The notes: a model not told the origin generated them from the letters alone. 32,000 nt of DNA from Dickeya solani IPO 2222 (GCF_001644705.1 NZ_CP015137.1:2220001-2252000), one strand, 5' to 3'; positions 16,688 through 24,841 are shown, counted from the first letter of the stretch. Made by a program: numbers and translations.

Positions 16688-17398
16688 ATGATGTTGGCGG
16701 ATTACCGTTCGCGCTGGCTGCTGCCAGTGATTATGTTGGTTGCGGCGTTGCAACTGTCGGCTTGTGGCGACAAGGATAAGGACGCGCGTCAGGCGTTCAT
16801 CACCTTCCTGCAGGGGATTTCACAGCAGGAAGGGCGCCAGTTGCCGGCGTTGTCCGAACAGCAGAAACAGAGCTTCGGGCGTTTTACCCAGGATTACGCT
16901 GTGATGACCGCTTTCAATCAGCAGCTGGATCAAGCGCTGACGGGCAGCCTGACGCCGATACTGGACGTGGTGTCCCGCATTCGCGTGCCGCAGGACTACG
17001 TTACCCAGCGCGATAACCTGCGTCAGGCGCTTGGTGGCCTCAACATGCTGAGTCCGCAGGTGCAGAACGCTAAAACCCAGGCGGATAACGCTCACCGGGC
17101 GCTCAAACAGCCGGAAGAATTGCAGACGGTATACGACAAGGTCTATAACCGCGCTGTTTCCCTGCCGGCTAATGCCATGGTGACGGTAGTGCCGGCCAGC
17201 ACATCGTTTGCGCAGAGCGTGGTGCAGGTGGGTGATTATCTGCAGACGCAAGGCAATCAGGTGGTGTTTGGCAACAGCGGCGTACAATTCCACACCCAGC
17301 AGCAGGTGGATCAGTACAACAGCATGATGACCGACATTGCCAATCAGCAGCAGAAATTGTTCACGACGCTCAAATCCCAGAATTTCCTGCCTCACTAA
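16688..17398 (+). CDS. Lipoprotein, YiaF/DUF3053-like
   Basis: The protein is 236 aa. Its lipoprotein signal is LLPVIMLVAALQLSAC with the lipobox LSAC, and an AGGAG Shine-Dalgarno sequence precedes the start. The length and general character match what I recall of E. coli YiaF. That assignment is from memory and is not verified. Confidence 0.7.
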   Translation: MMLADYRSRWLLPVIMLVAALQLSACGDKDKDARQAFITFLQGISQQEGRQLPALSEQQKQSFGRFTQDYAVMTAFNQQLDQALTGSLTPILDVVSRIRVPQDYVTQRDNLRQALGGLNMLSPQVQNAKTQADNAHRALKQPEELQTVYDKVYNRAVSLPANAMVTVVPASTSFAQSVVQVGDYLQTQGNQVVFGNSGVQFHTQQQVDQYNSMMTDIANQQQKLFTTLKSQNFLPH

Positions 17399-17408
17399 GC
17401 TGATCTCG

Positions 17409-17444
17409 GCACGGGCTGGTTTTCTTGCGAAGACCGGTTCGTGC
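17409..17444 (+). terminator. Possible weak terminator hairpin after the lipoprotein gene
   Basis: GCACGGGCTGGT pairs with ACCGGTTCGTGC in a 12-bp stem that includes 3 G-U pairs, with a 12-nt loop. The downstream U-tract (TGAAAATATATT) is poor. Confidence 0.3.
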
Positions 17445-17455
17445 TGAAAATATAT

Positions 17456-17471
17456 TGTGATTAAAATCACA
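17456..17471. promoter_or_regulatory. CRP site 1 (TGTGA-TTAAAA-TCACA, perfect core)
   Basis: This is an exact match to the TGTGA-N6-TCACA core, in the AT-rich mtl upstream region. Confidence 0.75.
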
Positions 17472-17499
17472 TATTTCTAATAAATCCAATTCATATAAT

Positions 17500-17515
17500 A
17501 GTGATCTTGATCACT
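17500..17515. promoter_or_regulatory. CRP-like site 2 (AGTGA-TCTTGA-TCACT)
   Basis: The site is symmetric and matches the CRP core at 8 of 10 positions. Confidence 0.55.
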
Positions 17516-17572
17516 TTTTTCTGTGCTGTCATTGATTATTTTCTGACCATTTATCTGGTTTTATTGTTTTTT

Positions 17573-17588
17573 TGTGAATCATGTCACT
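17573..17588. promoter_or_regulatory. CRP-like site 3 (TGTGA-ATCATG-TCACT)
   Basis: The site matches the CRP core at 9 of 10 positions. Confidence 0.6.
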
Positions 17589-17616
17589 CATTTGTGGCGG
17601 ATTTGTGGGTGTTATT

Positions 17617-17632
17617 TGTGATTTTTATCACG
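17617..17632. promoter_or_regulatory. CRP-like site 4 (TGTGA-TTTTTA-TCACG)
   Basis: The site matches the CRP core at 9 of 10 positions. It is the CRP-like site closest to mtlA. Confidence 0.6.
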
Positions 17633-17897
17633 TTTCTGCTGCGAGTTGCGGTCTGAAAACCACGTGCTAGAGTCCGCCTTGATAACGGGTTTTTGGGGAT
17701 CACGCCGGTGGCACTCGCTATTGGTATTTTTTGCCGTCACGCGATGCTGTGATCGCGATACGCCATGAGCGGCAATAGCGGTTGCACACATTGCGGTACA
17801 CGACCTCATGATTCCGACGGAAGTCATCATGCTGTCTAACAATCAATAATTACCGCGCGAACGCTTTCCGTCGCGCGTTTCAAAGGGGTGTATCTCT

Positions 17898-19805
17898 ATG
17901 CTCTCACCAGATACCAAGGTCAAGGTGCAGAATTTTGGCCGCTTCCTGAGCAATATGGTGATGCCGAATATCGGCGCCTTTATTGCCTGGGGGATTATCA
18001 CAGCACTGTTTATTCCTACCGGATGGTTCCCCAACGCGACGCTGGTCAAGCTGGTCGGCCCGATGATCACCTATCTGCTGCCGTTGCTGATCGGCTTTAC
18101 CGGCGGGCGTTTGGTGGGGGGAGAGCGCGGTGGCGTGGTTGGCGCTATCACCACCATGGGCGTGGTGGTCGGTTCCGATATCCCGATGTTCCTCGGCGCC
18201 ATGATTGTCGGCCCGCTGGGCGGCTGGGCGATCAAACACTTTGACGCTGCGGTTGACGGCAAAATCAAAAGCGGCTTTGAAATGCTGGTCAACAACTTCT
18301 CCGCCGGCATCATCGGCATGTTGTTGGCTATTCTGTCCTCGCTGGCAATTGGTCCGCTGGTCGAAGTGCTGTCGCGCATTCTGGCCTCAGGCGTGCACCT
18401 GATGGTGCAGAACAACCTGTTGCCGCTGGCGTCGATTTTCGTTGAACCGGCGAAGATCCTGTTCCTGAATAACGCCATCAACCACGGCATCTTCTCGCCG
18501 CTGGGTATCCAGCAGGCGACGGAAGCCGGGAAATCCATTTTCTTCCTGATTGAAGCCAACCCGGGTCCGGGCATGGGCGTGCTGATGGCTTACATGCTGT
18601 TTGGCCGCGGCAACGCCAAACAGTCCGCGCCGGGCGCGGCCATTATCCACTTCCTGGGCGGGATTCATGAAATCTACTTCCCGTATGTGCTGATGAACCC
18701 GCGTCTGATTATCGCCGTTATTCTTGGCGGGATGACCGGCGTATTCACGCTGGGCCTGCTGAACGGCGGTCTGGTGTCTCCAGCCTCGCCGGGTTCCATT
18801 CTGGCGGTGCTGGCGATGACGCCGAAAGGCGCCTACTTCGCCAATATCGCCGCGGTCGCCGCCGCTTTTGCGGTCTCCTTTGTGGTGTCGGCCATCTTGC
18901 TGAAAAGCAGCAAAGTGAAAGACGATGACGAGCTGGAACTGGCGACCCGTCGCATGCAGGAAATGAAATCTGCGTCCAAAGGTCAGGCCGTCAGCGGCGT
19001 GAGCGGCGATCTTGGCACCGTGCGTAAAATCATCGTCGCCTGCGACGCTGGCATGGGTTCCAGCGCTATGGGGGCAGGGGTGCTGCGCAAGAAGGTGCAG
19101 GATGCCGGCTTGCGGAATATTTCGGTGACCAACAGCGCCATCAACAACCTGCCGGAAGACGTGGATCTGGTGATCACCCATCGTGATCTGACCGAGCGCG
19201 CCATGCGCCATGCGCCGCAGGCTCAGCACATTTCGCTGACCAATTTCCTCGACAGCACTCTGTACAACGATCTGGTTGCCCGTTTGCAGTCTGCTCAGCC
19301 CGGCGACACCAAGCCCGCTACAGCCGCTCCGGTTGCTGAGCCGGCCACCGCGCCGCAGGCGTTGTTCCAGCTGACGGAGAAAAACGTCTTTCTGAACCTG
19401 CAGGCCGCCGATAAGGAACAGGCCATCCGTTTTGCCGGTGAACAACTGGTAAAAGGCGGTTATGTAGAACCAGCGTATGTCGAAGCGATGCTGGAGCGTG
19501 AGAAACTGACTTCCACCTACCTGGGCGAGTCGATCGCCGTGCCGCACGGGACGATTGCAGCCAAGGACCGGGTGCTGAAAACCGGCGTGGTGTTCTGCCA
19601 GTATCCGCAAGGGGTGCGCTTCGGCGACGATGAGGATGACGTGGCTCGTCTGGTGATCGGTATCGCGGCCCGCAACAATGAACACGTGCAGGTCATCACT
19701 AACCTCACCAGCGCGCTGGATGACGACTCGATAATAGAACGGCTGGCTAATACGGAAAATGTGCAGGATGTCCTTGACCTGCTTTCCGGCAAGTCGCCTG
19801 CCTGA
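17898..19805 (+). CDS. mtlA: PTS mannitol-specific EIICBA component
   Basis: The 635-aa protein is near-collinear with E. coli MtlA as I recall it (KVQNFGRFLSNMVMPNIGAFIAWGIITALFIPTGW..., IIVACDAGMGSSAMGAGVLRKK, LGESIAVPHGT). An AAGGGG Shine-Dalgarno sequence precedes the start. Confidence 0.97.
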   Translation: MLSPDTKVKVQNFGRFLSNMVMPNIGAFIAWGIITALFIPTGWFPNATLVKLVGPMITYLLPLLIGFTGGRLVGGERGGVVGAITTMGVVVGSDIPMFLGAMIVGPLGGWAIKHFDAAVDGKIKSGFEMLVNNFSAGIIGMLLAILSSLAIGPLVEVLSRILASGVHLMVQNNLLPLASIFVEPAKILFLNNAINHGIFSPLGIQQATEAGKSIFFLIEANPGPGMGVLMAYMLFGRGNAKQSAPGAAIIHFLGGIHEIYFPYVLMNPRLIIAVILGGMTGVFTLGLLNGGLVSPASPGSILAVLAMTPKGAYFANIAAVAAAFAVSFVVSAILLKSSKVKDDDELELATRRMQEMKSASKGQAVSGVSGDLGTVRKIIVACDAGMGSSAMGAGVLRKKVQDAGLRNISVTNSAINNLPEDVDLVITHRDLTERAMRHAPQAQHISLTNFLDSTLYNDLVARLQSAQPGDTKPATAAPVAEPATAPQALFQLTEKNVFLNLQAADKEQAIRFAGEQLVKGGYVEPAYVEAMLEREKLTSTYLGESIAVPHGTIAAKDRVLKTGVVFCQYPQGVRFGDDEDDVARLVIGIAARNNEHVQVITNLTSALDDDSIIERLANTENVQDVLDLLSGKSPA

Positions 19806-19815
19806 CAGATAAAAA

Positions 19816-19844
19816 AGTGCCGCCTTCGGGCGGCGCTTTCTTTC
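19816..19844 (+). terminator. Intercistronic terminator-like hairpin between mtlA and mtlD
   Basis: The sequence aGTGCCGCC-TTCG-GGCGGCGCt has an A-run before it and CTTTCTTTCC after it. It may act as a partial terminator or an mRNA stabiliser. Confidence 0.45.
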
Positions 19845-19880
19845 CCGGATTGTTAAATCTCAGTAGTAAGGTTACGCATG

Positions 19881-21029
19881 ATGAAAGCATTACATTTTGG
19901 GGCCGGTAATATCGGCCGTGGGTTTATCGGCAAGCTGCTGGCGGACGCGGGCATTTCCCTGACGTTTGCCGATGTGAACCAGCCGTTGCTGGATGCCATC
20001 AATCAACGCGGTAGCTATCCGGTGCGGATCGTCGGTGAACAGCAGCAGGTGGAGACGGTCAGTCAGGTCAGCGCCGTGCACAGCGGCAGCCCGCAGGCGG
20101 TTGAGTTGATTGCCGGGGTTGACCTGGTGACAACGGCCGTAGGTCCGCAGATTCTGGCGAAGATCGCCGGCGCCATCGCACAGGGGTTGGTGAAGCGTCA
20201 TGCAAACGGCAACACTTCGCCGCTGAATATCATCGCCTGCGAAAACATGGTGCGCGGCACCAGTCAGCTTAAGCAGCATGTGCTGGCGCAACTGCCGGAA
20301 GATGTGCAGGCGTGGGTCGCGCAGCATGTCGGTTTCGTGGACTCGGCGGTGGATCGTATTGTGCCGCCGGCCGAAGCGGGCGAGTCCGATCCGCTGGCGG
20401 TGACGGTGGAAACCTTCAGCGAATGGATTGTGGATAAAACCCAGTTCAACGGCGAGCCGCCGGCGATCGCCGGTATGGAGCTGACCGATAACCTGATGGC
20501 GTTCGTTGAGCGCAAGCTGTTCACCCTTAACACCGGTCATGCCATCACCGCCTACCTCGGCCAGCGCGCCGGGCTCAGCACCATCCGCGATGCTATTCTG
20601 GACCCGGCGATCCGCCTCGTAGTGCAAGGCGCGATGGAGGAGAGCGGCGCGGTGCTGATTCGTCGCTATGGTTTTGATGCCGACAAGCATCAGGCTTACA
20701 TCCGCAAAATTCTTACCCGCTTTGAAAACCCGTGGCTGCACGATGAGGTAGAGCGCGTCGGCCGTCAGCCGCTGCGCAAACTCAGCGCCGGCGATCGGCT
20801 GATCAAGCCGTTGCTGGGCACGCTGGAATACGGTCTGCCGCATGACAACCTGATCCAGGGCATTGCCGCGGCGATGCATTATCGCAGCGAGCAGGACCCG
20901 CAGGCGCAGGAACTGGCGGCGTTGATCGCTTCGCAAGGGCCGAAGGTTGCGCTGGCGCAGATTTCCGGTCTGGATGCCGACGGCGAGGTTGTCGGAAAAG
21001 CGGTGAGTGTGTATAACGCCATGCAGTAA
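19881..21029 (+). CDS. mtlD: Mannitol-1-phosphate 5-dehydrogenase
   Basis: [25 protein letters not shown]... matches the E. coli MtlD N-terminus. I chose the second of two adjacent ATGs (19878 and 19881) by analogy with that protein. Confidence 0.96.
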   Translation: MKALHFGAGNIGRGFIGKLLADAGISLTFADVNQPLLDAINQRGSYPVRIVGEQQQVETVSQVSAVHSGSPQAVELIAGVDLVTTAVGPQILAKIAGAIAQGLVKRHANGNTSPLNIIACENMVRGTSQLKQHVLAQLPEDVQAWVAQHVGFVDSAVDRIVPPAEAGESDPLAVTVETFSEWIVDKTQFNGEPPAIAGMELTDNLMAFVERKLFTLNTGHAITAYLGQRAGLSTIRDAILDPAIRLVVQGAMEESGAVLIRRYGFDADKHQAYIRKILTRFENPWLHDEVERVGRQPLRKLSAGDRLIKPLLGTLEYGLPHDNLIQGIAAAMHYRSEQDPQAQELAALIASQGPKVALAQISGLDADGEVVGKAVSVYNAMQ

Positions 21030-21106
21030 TCGGCGCGTCTCGGCACAGGTCAGGCTGTGTCCCTGCTTTTCAATCGAGTGCGTTGGATAGGACGGGGGCG
21101 TTGAAG

Positions 21107-21721
21107 ATGAAAAGCCATGCCCCCGTGGAGTCAGCTGTTCCACCGCGCAGGGGCGGCGCTGTGCGCGGAATTAACGTACGAGAAGCGACGATGGATGATA
21201 CGCAGGCATTTGAAAACCGGGTATTGGAATCCCTGAATGCATCGAAAACGGTCAGAAATTTTATGCTGATGGCCGTCGAGTTATTGGCGGAAGCCGTCAG
21301 CCTGCTGATGCTGCAGGCGTTTCGCAAAGACGATTATGCCGTGAAGTACGCCGTCGAACCGCTGTTATCCGGTAGTGGGCCGCTGGGCGAGCTGTCGGTG
21401 CGGTTGAAGCTGATTTACGGTCTGGGCATGATCAGCCGTAAAGAATACGAAGATACCGAACTGCTGATGGCGCTGGGCGAGGAACTGACCCACGATGAGC
21501 ACGAGTATCGGTTCACCGACGATGAAATCCTCGGGCCGATTAGCGAGCTGCATTGTGTGAGTAGCCTGCCGCCGTCGCCGGTGCTGCCGCCGAGCGTCGA
21601 TCCCGACGATGCGTTGCTGGCGGCCATGCAACAGCAGCGTTATCAGCAGATGGTGCGTTCCACGCTGGTGCTGTCGTTGACCGAACTTATCGCCGGCATC
21701 AGCCTGAAAAAAGCGTTCTGA
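21107..21721 (+). CDS. mtlR: Mannitol operon repressor MtlR
   Basis: TQAFENRVLESLNASKTVRNF...FRKDDYAVKYAVEPLL...LSVRLKLIYGLG...SLTELIAGISLKKAF matches E. coli MtlR. The start is uncertain: TTG 21083, ATG 21107 or ATG 21191. Confidence 0.88.
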   Translation: MKSHAPVESAVPPRRGGAVRGINVREATMDDTQAFENRVLESLNASKTVRNFMLMAVELLAEAVSLLMLQAFRKDDYAVKYAVEPLLSGSGPLGELSVRLKLIYGLGMISRKEYEDTELLMALGEELTHDEHEYRFTDDEILGPISELHCVSSLPPSPVLPPSVDPDDALLAAMQQQRYQQMVRSTLVLSLTELIAGISLKKAF

Positions 21722-21743
21722 CCGAGGGATATCAAATAACAAA

Positions 21744-21770
21744 GGGCAACCCGTTTGGGTCGCCCTTTTT
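21744..21770. terminator. Bidirectional rho-independent terminator (mtlR / chemoreceptor gene)
   Basis: GGGCAACCC-GTTT-GGGTCGCCC is followed by TTTTT on the plus strand. An A-run on the other side supplies a U-tract for the minus strand. Confidence 0.8.
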
Positions 21771-21802
21771 GCGTTTATAGCGTGCACAGCGGTGGTCAGC
21801 TG

Positions 21803-21840
21803 TTACCGTTTATAAGACAGTTTACCGCTTATAAGACAGT
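21803..21840. repeat. 19-bp tandem duplication spanning the chemoreceptor stop codon
   Basis: ttaccgtttataagacagt (21803-21821) and ttaccgcttataagacagt (21822-21840) differ at one base. Both copies encode ..LSYKR-stop on the minus strand. Confidence 0.85.
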
Positions 21841-23708
21841 TGCTGATGATGCCCGGCAAACGGTAAACCGTGGCTGGCGGGCATCAGTTCCTGTGTGGAA
21901 GAGAGACGGAAAGCCGACACGGTGTTGGAGAGCATCACCGCCTGTTCTTCCAGCGAACTGGCGGCAGCGGAAGACTGCTGCACCAGTGCGGCGTTCTGCT
22001 GGGTAGTGCTGTCCATCTCGACGATCGCCTGATTCACCTGGGCGATACCACGGCTTTGCTCATCGGACGCGACGGTGATTTCACCCATGATATCGTGCAC
22101 ATGCGTCACCGCGGTCACAATCTCCTGCATGGTTTTACCGGCGTTATGTACCAGATGGGCGCCTTTCGATACCTGATCGACCGACGTGGAAATCAACCCT
22201 TCGATCTCTTTGGCCGCCTGCGAACTGCGTTGCGCCAGATTGCGTACTTCATTGGCCACCACGGCGAAGCCACGGCCCTGTTCACCGGCGCGGGCGGCTT
22301 CCACTGCGGCGTTAAGCGCCAGAATATTGGTCTGGAAAGCAATGCCGTTGATCACCGAGGTGATCTCCGCAATCCGTTTGGAACTGCCTTCAATGTCGGA
22401 CATGGTTTGCACCACGTCTTCCACCAGTTTACCGCCTGCTTTCGCCGTCTCGGTGGCGTCCAACACCAGTTTGTTGGCCTGATGCGCGTTAGCGGCATTC
22501 TGTTTCACGGTGGACGTCAACTGCTCCATGCTGGCGGCGGTTTCTTCTACCGAGGCGGCCTGGGATTCGGTACGGGCGGCCAGGTCATTGTTACCGGTGA
22601 CGATTTCGCTGGCGGCGGTAGTGATCTGACTGACCCCCATACGGATGTCGTCAATCATGTTGTGCAGATTGGCTTTCATTTTCGCCATCGCGCCGAACAG
22701 CATGCCCAGTTCATCGCGGCGTGTGGTTTCAATCGATATAGTCAGGTCGCCGGTGGCGATACTTTCGGCGATGGTTACGGTATTGTTCAGCGGGTGGGTA
22801 ATCTGGCGGGAGATATACCAGGCAATCAGCGCACCCAATATCAGGGTAATCAGCGCGGTGATGGCGATCTGCCATTCGGCGTTGGTGATATCGTTCTGGG
22901 TGGCTGCGGTTTCCTCGGTAACCATCTTGTCGACATTATCGAGCAACTGATTAGCGGTCTCGCCCAGCTGTTTGGCCTGATTCATCTCCGCCTGATAAGC
23001 TGGAAGATAGGCCAGTATCTGCGTTTTGTAGGTCGACAGCGTAGAGACCACCGGTGCCATGATGGCTTGCTGTTCCGGCGTCAGCGCCTGAATAAACTGA
23101 TTCAGCGCCGTCTGTGCGTCATCCAGCGCGGTAACCAGCGGTTTTTCCGCATCGCTGTTCAGCGACAACAACAGGCCGCGTACCAAATAACGGACAGTCA
23201 CTAGCTTCTGGTGCAACGTGCTTAACTGCAATTGTAATGGCAGGTTGCCGACAACCTGTTGCTCGATCTGCTTGAGGGGTTTTTCCGAATCGGAAAGGTT
23301 CCAGCTTTTTCTGACGTCATCTTTTTTAGCGATGGCGTCGGTATAGTTTTTTTGTCTTTCTTTATATTGGCTGATGAGCTTTGCGATATTCGCCAGTTTG
23401 TCGTCGTAATCGCCGCGCCAGGATTTATCCTGAATTGAAGAAATTAAATTAATAATGTTATCAATGTGTTTGGTGTTTTGCTGAATGCTATCCGGATTAT
23501 AACTTATGCTATACAACACCCGATAATAACGGGCTTCATTAACCTCATCGCTGATTTGATTGCTGAAGATTACTTTTTCAAAACGCCCTTTCAGTGTTTC
23601 GATGTAGCGTACGCTGACTGCAGCAATAATGACGGTCAGCAGTAGGATTAAGGAAAACCCTAATCCTAACTTCCTGCCAACTTTGATATTTTCGAATTTT
23701 ATAGCCAT
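21822..23708 (-). CDS. Methyl-accepting chemotaxis protein with a large (~250 aa) helical periplasmic sensor domain
   Basis: I prefer the start at 23708 (MAIKFENIKV..., GGAAG upstream); the ORF track gives 23723. It has two TM segments, a HAMP region and the conserved signalling hairpin (IAFQTNILALNAAVEAARAGEQGRGFAVVANEVRNLAQRS). Confidence 0.9.
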   Translation of the reverse strand: MAIKFENIKVGRKLGLGFSLILLLTVIIAAVSVRYIETLKGRFEKVIFSNQISDEVNEARYYRVLYSISYNPDSIQQNTKHIDNIINLISSIQDKSWRGDYDDKLANIAKLISQYKERQKNYTDAIAKKDDVRKSWNLSDSEKPLKQIEQQVVGNLPLQLQLSTLHQKLVTVRYLVRGLLLSLNSDAEKPLVTALDDAQTALNQFIQALTPEQQAIMAPVVSTLSTYKTQILAYLPAYQAEMNQAKQLGETANQLLDNVDKMVTEETAATQNDITNAEWQIAITALITLILGALIAWYISRQITHPLNNTVTIAESIATGDLTISIETTRRDELGMLFGAMAKMKANLHNMIDDIRMGVSQITTAASEIVTGNNDLAARTESQAASVEETAASMEQLTSTVKQNAANAHQANKLVLDATETAKAGGKLVEDVVQTMSDIEGSSKRIAEITSVINGIAFQTNILALNAAVEAARAGEQGRGFAVVANEVRNLAQRSSQAAKEIEGLISTSVDQVSKGAHLVHNAGKTMQEIVTAVTHVHDIMGEITVASDEQSRGIAQVNQAIVEMDSTTQQNAALVQQSSAAASSLEEQAVMLSNTVSAFRLSSTQELMPASHGLPFAGHHQQLSYKR

Positions 23709-23827
23709 TTTTTCTTCCATCATTAATAGGCTGAGTGATGAAGTAAGGTGATTAATAACTGTTTACGGTGAGTGTGAAATTGCCATACTGGCGGCTGTGT
23801 GCAGGTTATGACAAGAACATGCAGAAT

Positions 23828-23854
23828 CTATCGGCGCACCATAGTAAAACTTTA
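23828..23854 (-). promoter_or_regulatory. FliA (sigma28) promoter of the chemoreceptor gene
   Basis: The minus strand reads TAAAGTTT-N11-GCCGATAG against the consensus TAAAGTTT-N11-GCCGATAA. It lies about 120 bp upstream of the start codon. Confidence 0.75.
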
Positions 23855-23888
23855 TACTGCTTTTCGTAGTGATAATCCGGAAAATAAA

Positions 23889-23926
23889 ATAAAAAAAACC
23901 CGGCATAACAAATGTTATTCCGGGTT
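23889..23926 (-). terminator. Rho-independent terminator of sodA
   Basis: The minus strand reads CCCGGAATAAC-ATTT-GTTATGCCGGG followed by TTTTTTTT. Confidence 0.8.
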
Positions 23927-23947
23927 GGGTTGCGTTAATTTCTGATT

Positions 23948-24074
23948 TATACCCGTCATACTTCAAGTTGCAGGTGCGTTGGCTTTCCTCGCTCACCCCA
24001 GTTACTTACCTGAGTAAGCTCCTGGGGATTCGCTGTGTCGCCGCCTTCCTGCAACTCGAATTATTTAGGGTATA
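23948..24074 (-). repeat. ERIC (enterobacterial repetitive intergenic consensus / IRU) element, full length ~127 bp
   Basis: The minus strand contains GAATCCCCAGGAGCTTAC and GTAAGTAACTGGGGTGAGCG, which are the ERIC1R and ERIC2 primer regions. The termini are TATACCCTAAATAATTCGAGTTGCAG ... CTGCAACTTGAAGTATGACGGGTATA. Confidence 0.92.
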
Positions 24075-24097
24075 GAAATTAATTTTTACCTTTTATC

Positions 24098-24724
24098 TTA
24101 TTTTTTGGCTTCGGTAAAACGTTTAGCCGCTTCGTCCCAGTTTACGACGAACCAGAACGCTTTAATGTAGTCCGGGCGACGGTTCTGGTATTGCAGGTAG
24201 TAAGCGTGCTCCCACACGTCCAGTGCGATGATCGGGCAGCCGGATGCGCCGGAAATCGCTTCGCCCATCAGCGGGCTGTCCTGGTTGGCGGTGGAAACGA
24301 CAGCCAGTTTGCCGTCATCTTTCAGCACCAGCCATGCCCAGCCGGAGCCGAAACGGGTTGCTGCTGCCTGCTCGAATTTTTCCTTGAATGCGTCAACGCT
24401 ACCGAAATCGCGCTCAATGGCGGCTTTCAGTTCGCCTGCCAGCGTGGTGCCTAGTTTCAGGCCTTTCCAGAACAGGCTGTGGTTGGCGTGACCGCCGGCG
24501 TTGTTACGCAGCGGGCCTTTTTTGTCGGCCGGCAGTTGATCCAGTTTGGTGATCAGCTCTTCGGCGGACAGACTGGCAAACTCAGGCAGGGACTCCAGCG
24601 CTGCGTTAGCGTTATTGACGTAAGCCTGATGGTGTTTGGAGTGATGGATTTCCATCGTTTGCTTGTCGAAGTGCGGCTCCAGTGCGTCATAAGCATAAGG
24701 CAGGGATGGCAGTGAATAACTCAT
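24098..24724 (-). CDS. sodA: Manganese superoxide dismutase
   Basis: The start is at 24724 ([44 protein letters not shown]...), with a GGAG Shine-Dalgarno sequence. It is nearly identical in layout to E. coli SodA. The longer ORF-track N-terminus was rejected. Confidence 0.97.
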   Translation of the reverse strand: MSYSLPSLPYAYDALEPHFDKQTMEIHHSKHHQAYVNNANAALESLPEFASLSAEELITKLDQLPADKKGPLRNNAGGHANHSLFWKGLKLGTTLAGELKAAIERDFGSVDAFKEKFEQAAATRFGSGWAWLVLKDDGKLAVVSTANQDSPLMGEAISGASGCPIIALDVWEHAYYLQYQNRRPDYIKAFWFVVNWDEAAKRFTEAKK

Positions 24725-24805
24725 GTTTAGCATCTCCATTGTTGTCGTGCGCAATTAGTATTGAGCGGCACCGTTGCGTGTTAGCGCCGCGTAAGCATTA
24801 GGTTC

Positions 24806-24841
24806 ATTATAGTTAATTAAATGATCTTGAAAATGATTATT
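24806..24841 (-). promoter_or_regulatory. sodA promoter with -10 TATAAT and overlapping Fur box
   Basis: The minus strand reads AATAATCATTTTCAAGATCATTTAATTAACTATAAT. This closely resembles the E. coli sodA promoter/Fur operator as I recall it. AATAATCATTTTC compares with the Fur consensus GATAATCATTATC. Confidence 0.6.

Noticed and set aside
18387-21143. Long minus-strand ORFs (432 aa at 18387-19685; 417 aa at 19890-21143) antisense to mtlA and mtlD
   Set aside because: These are shadow ORFs. The sense strand encodes highly conserved MtlA and MtlD, and the antisense translations are arginine/histidine/glutamine-rich with no domain signatures.
21870-23204. 444-aa plus-strand ORF antisense to the chemoreceptor gene
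   Set aside because: This is a shadow ORF. The minus strand carries the canonical MCP signalling hairpin.
23763-23996. 77-aa minus-strand ORF between the chemoreceptor gene and sodA
   Set aside because: It is made up of the ERIC element, the sodA terminator and the sigma28 promoter region. It is not a plausible gene.
24725-24754. Longer N-termini offered by the ORF track for sodA (24754), xylA (30760), the NitT/TauT ATPase (14142), the sugar-binding protein (5042) and ROK2 (2093)
   Set aside because: The internal ATGs have good Shine-Dalgarno sequences. They also reproduce the N-termini of the E. coli orthologues or proper signal peptides, whereas the extensions lack ribosome-binding sites.
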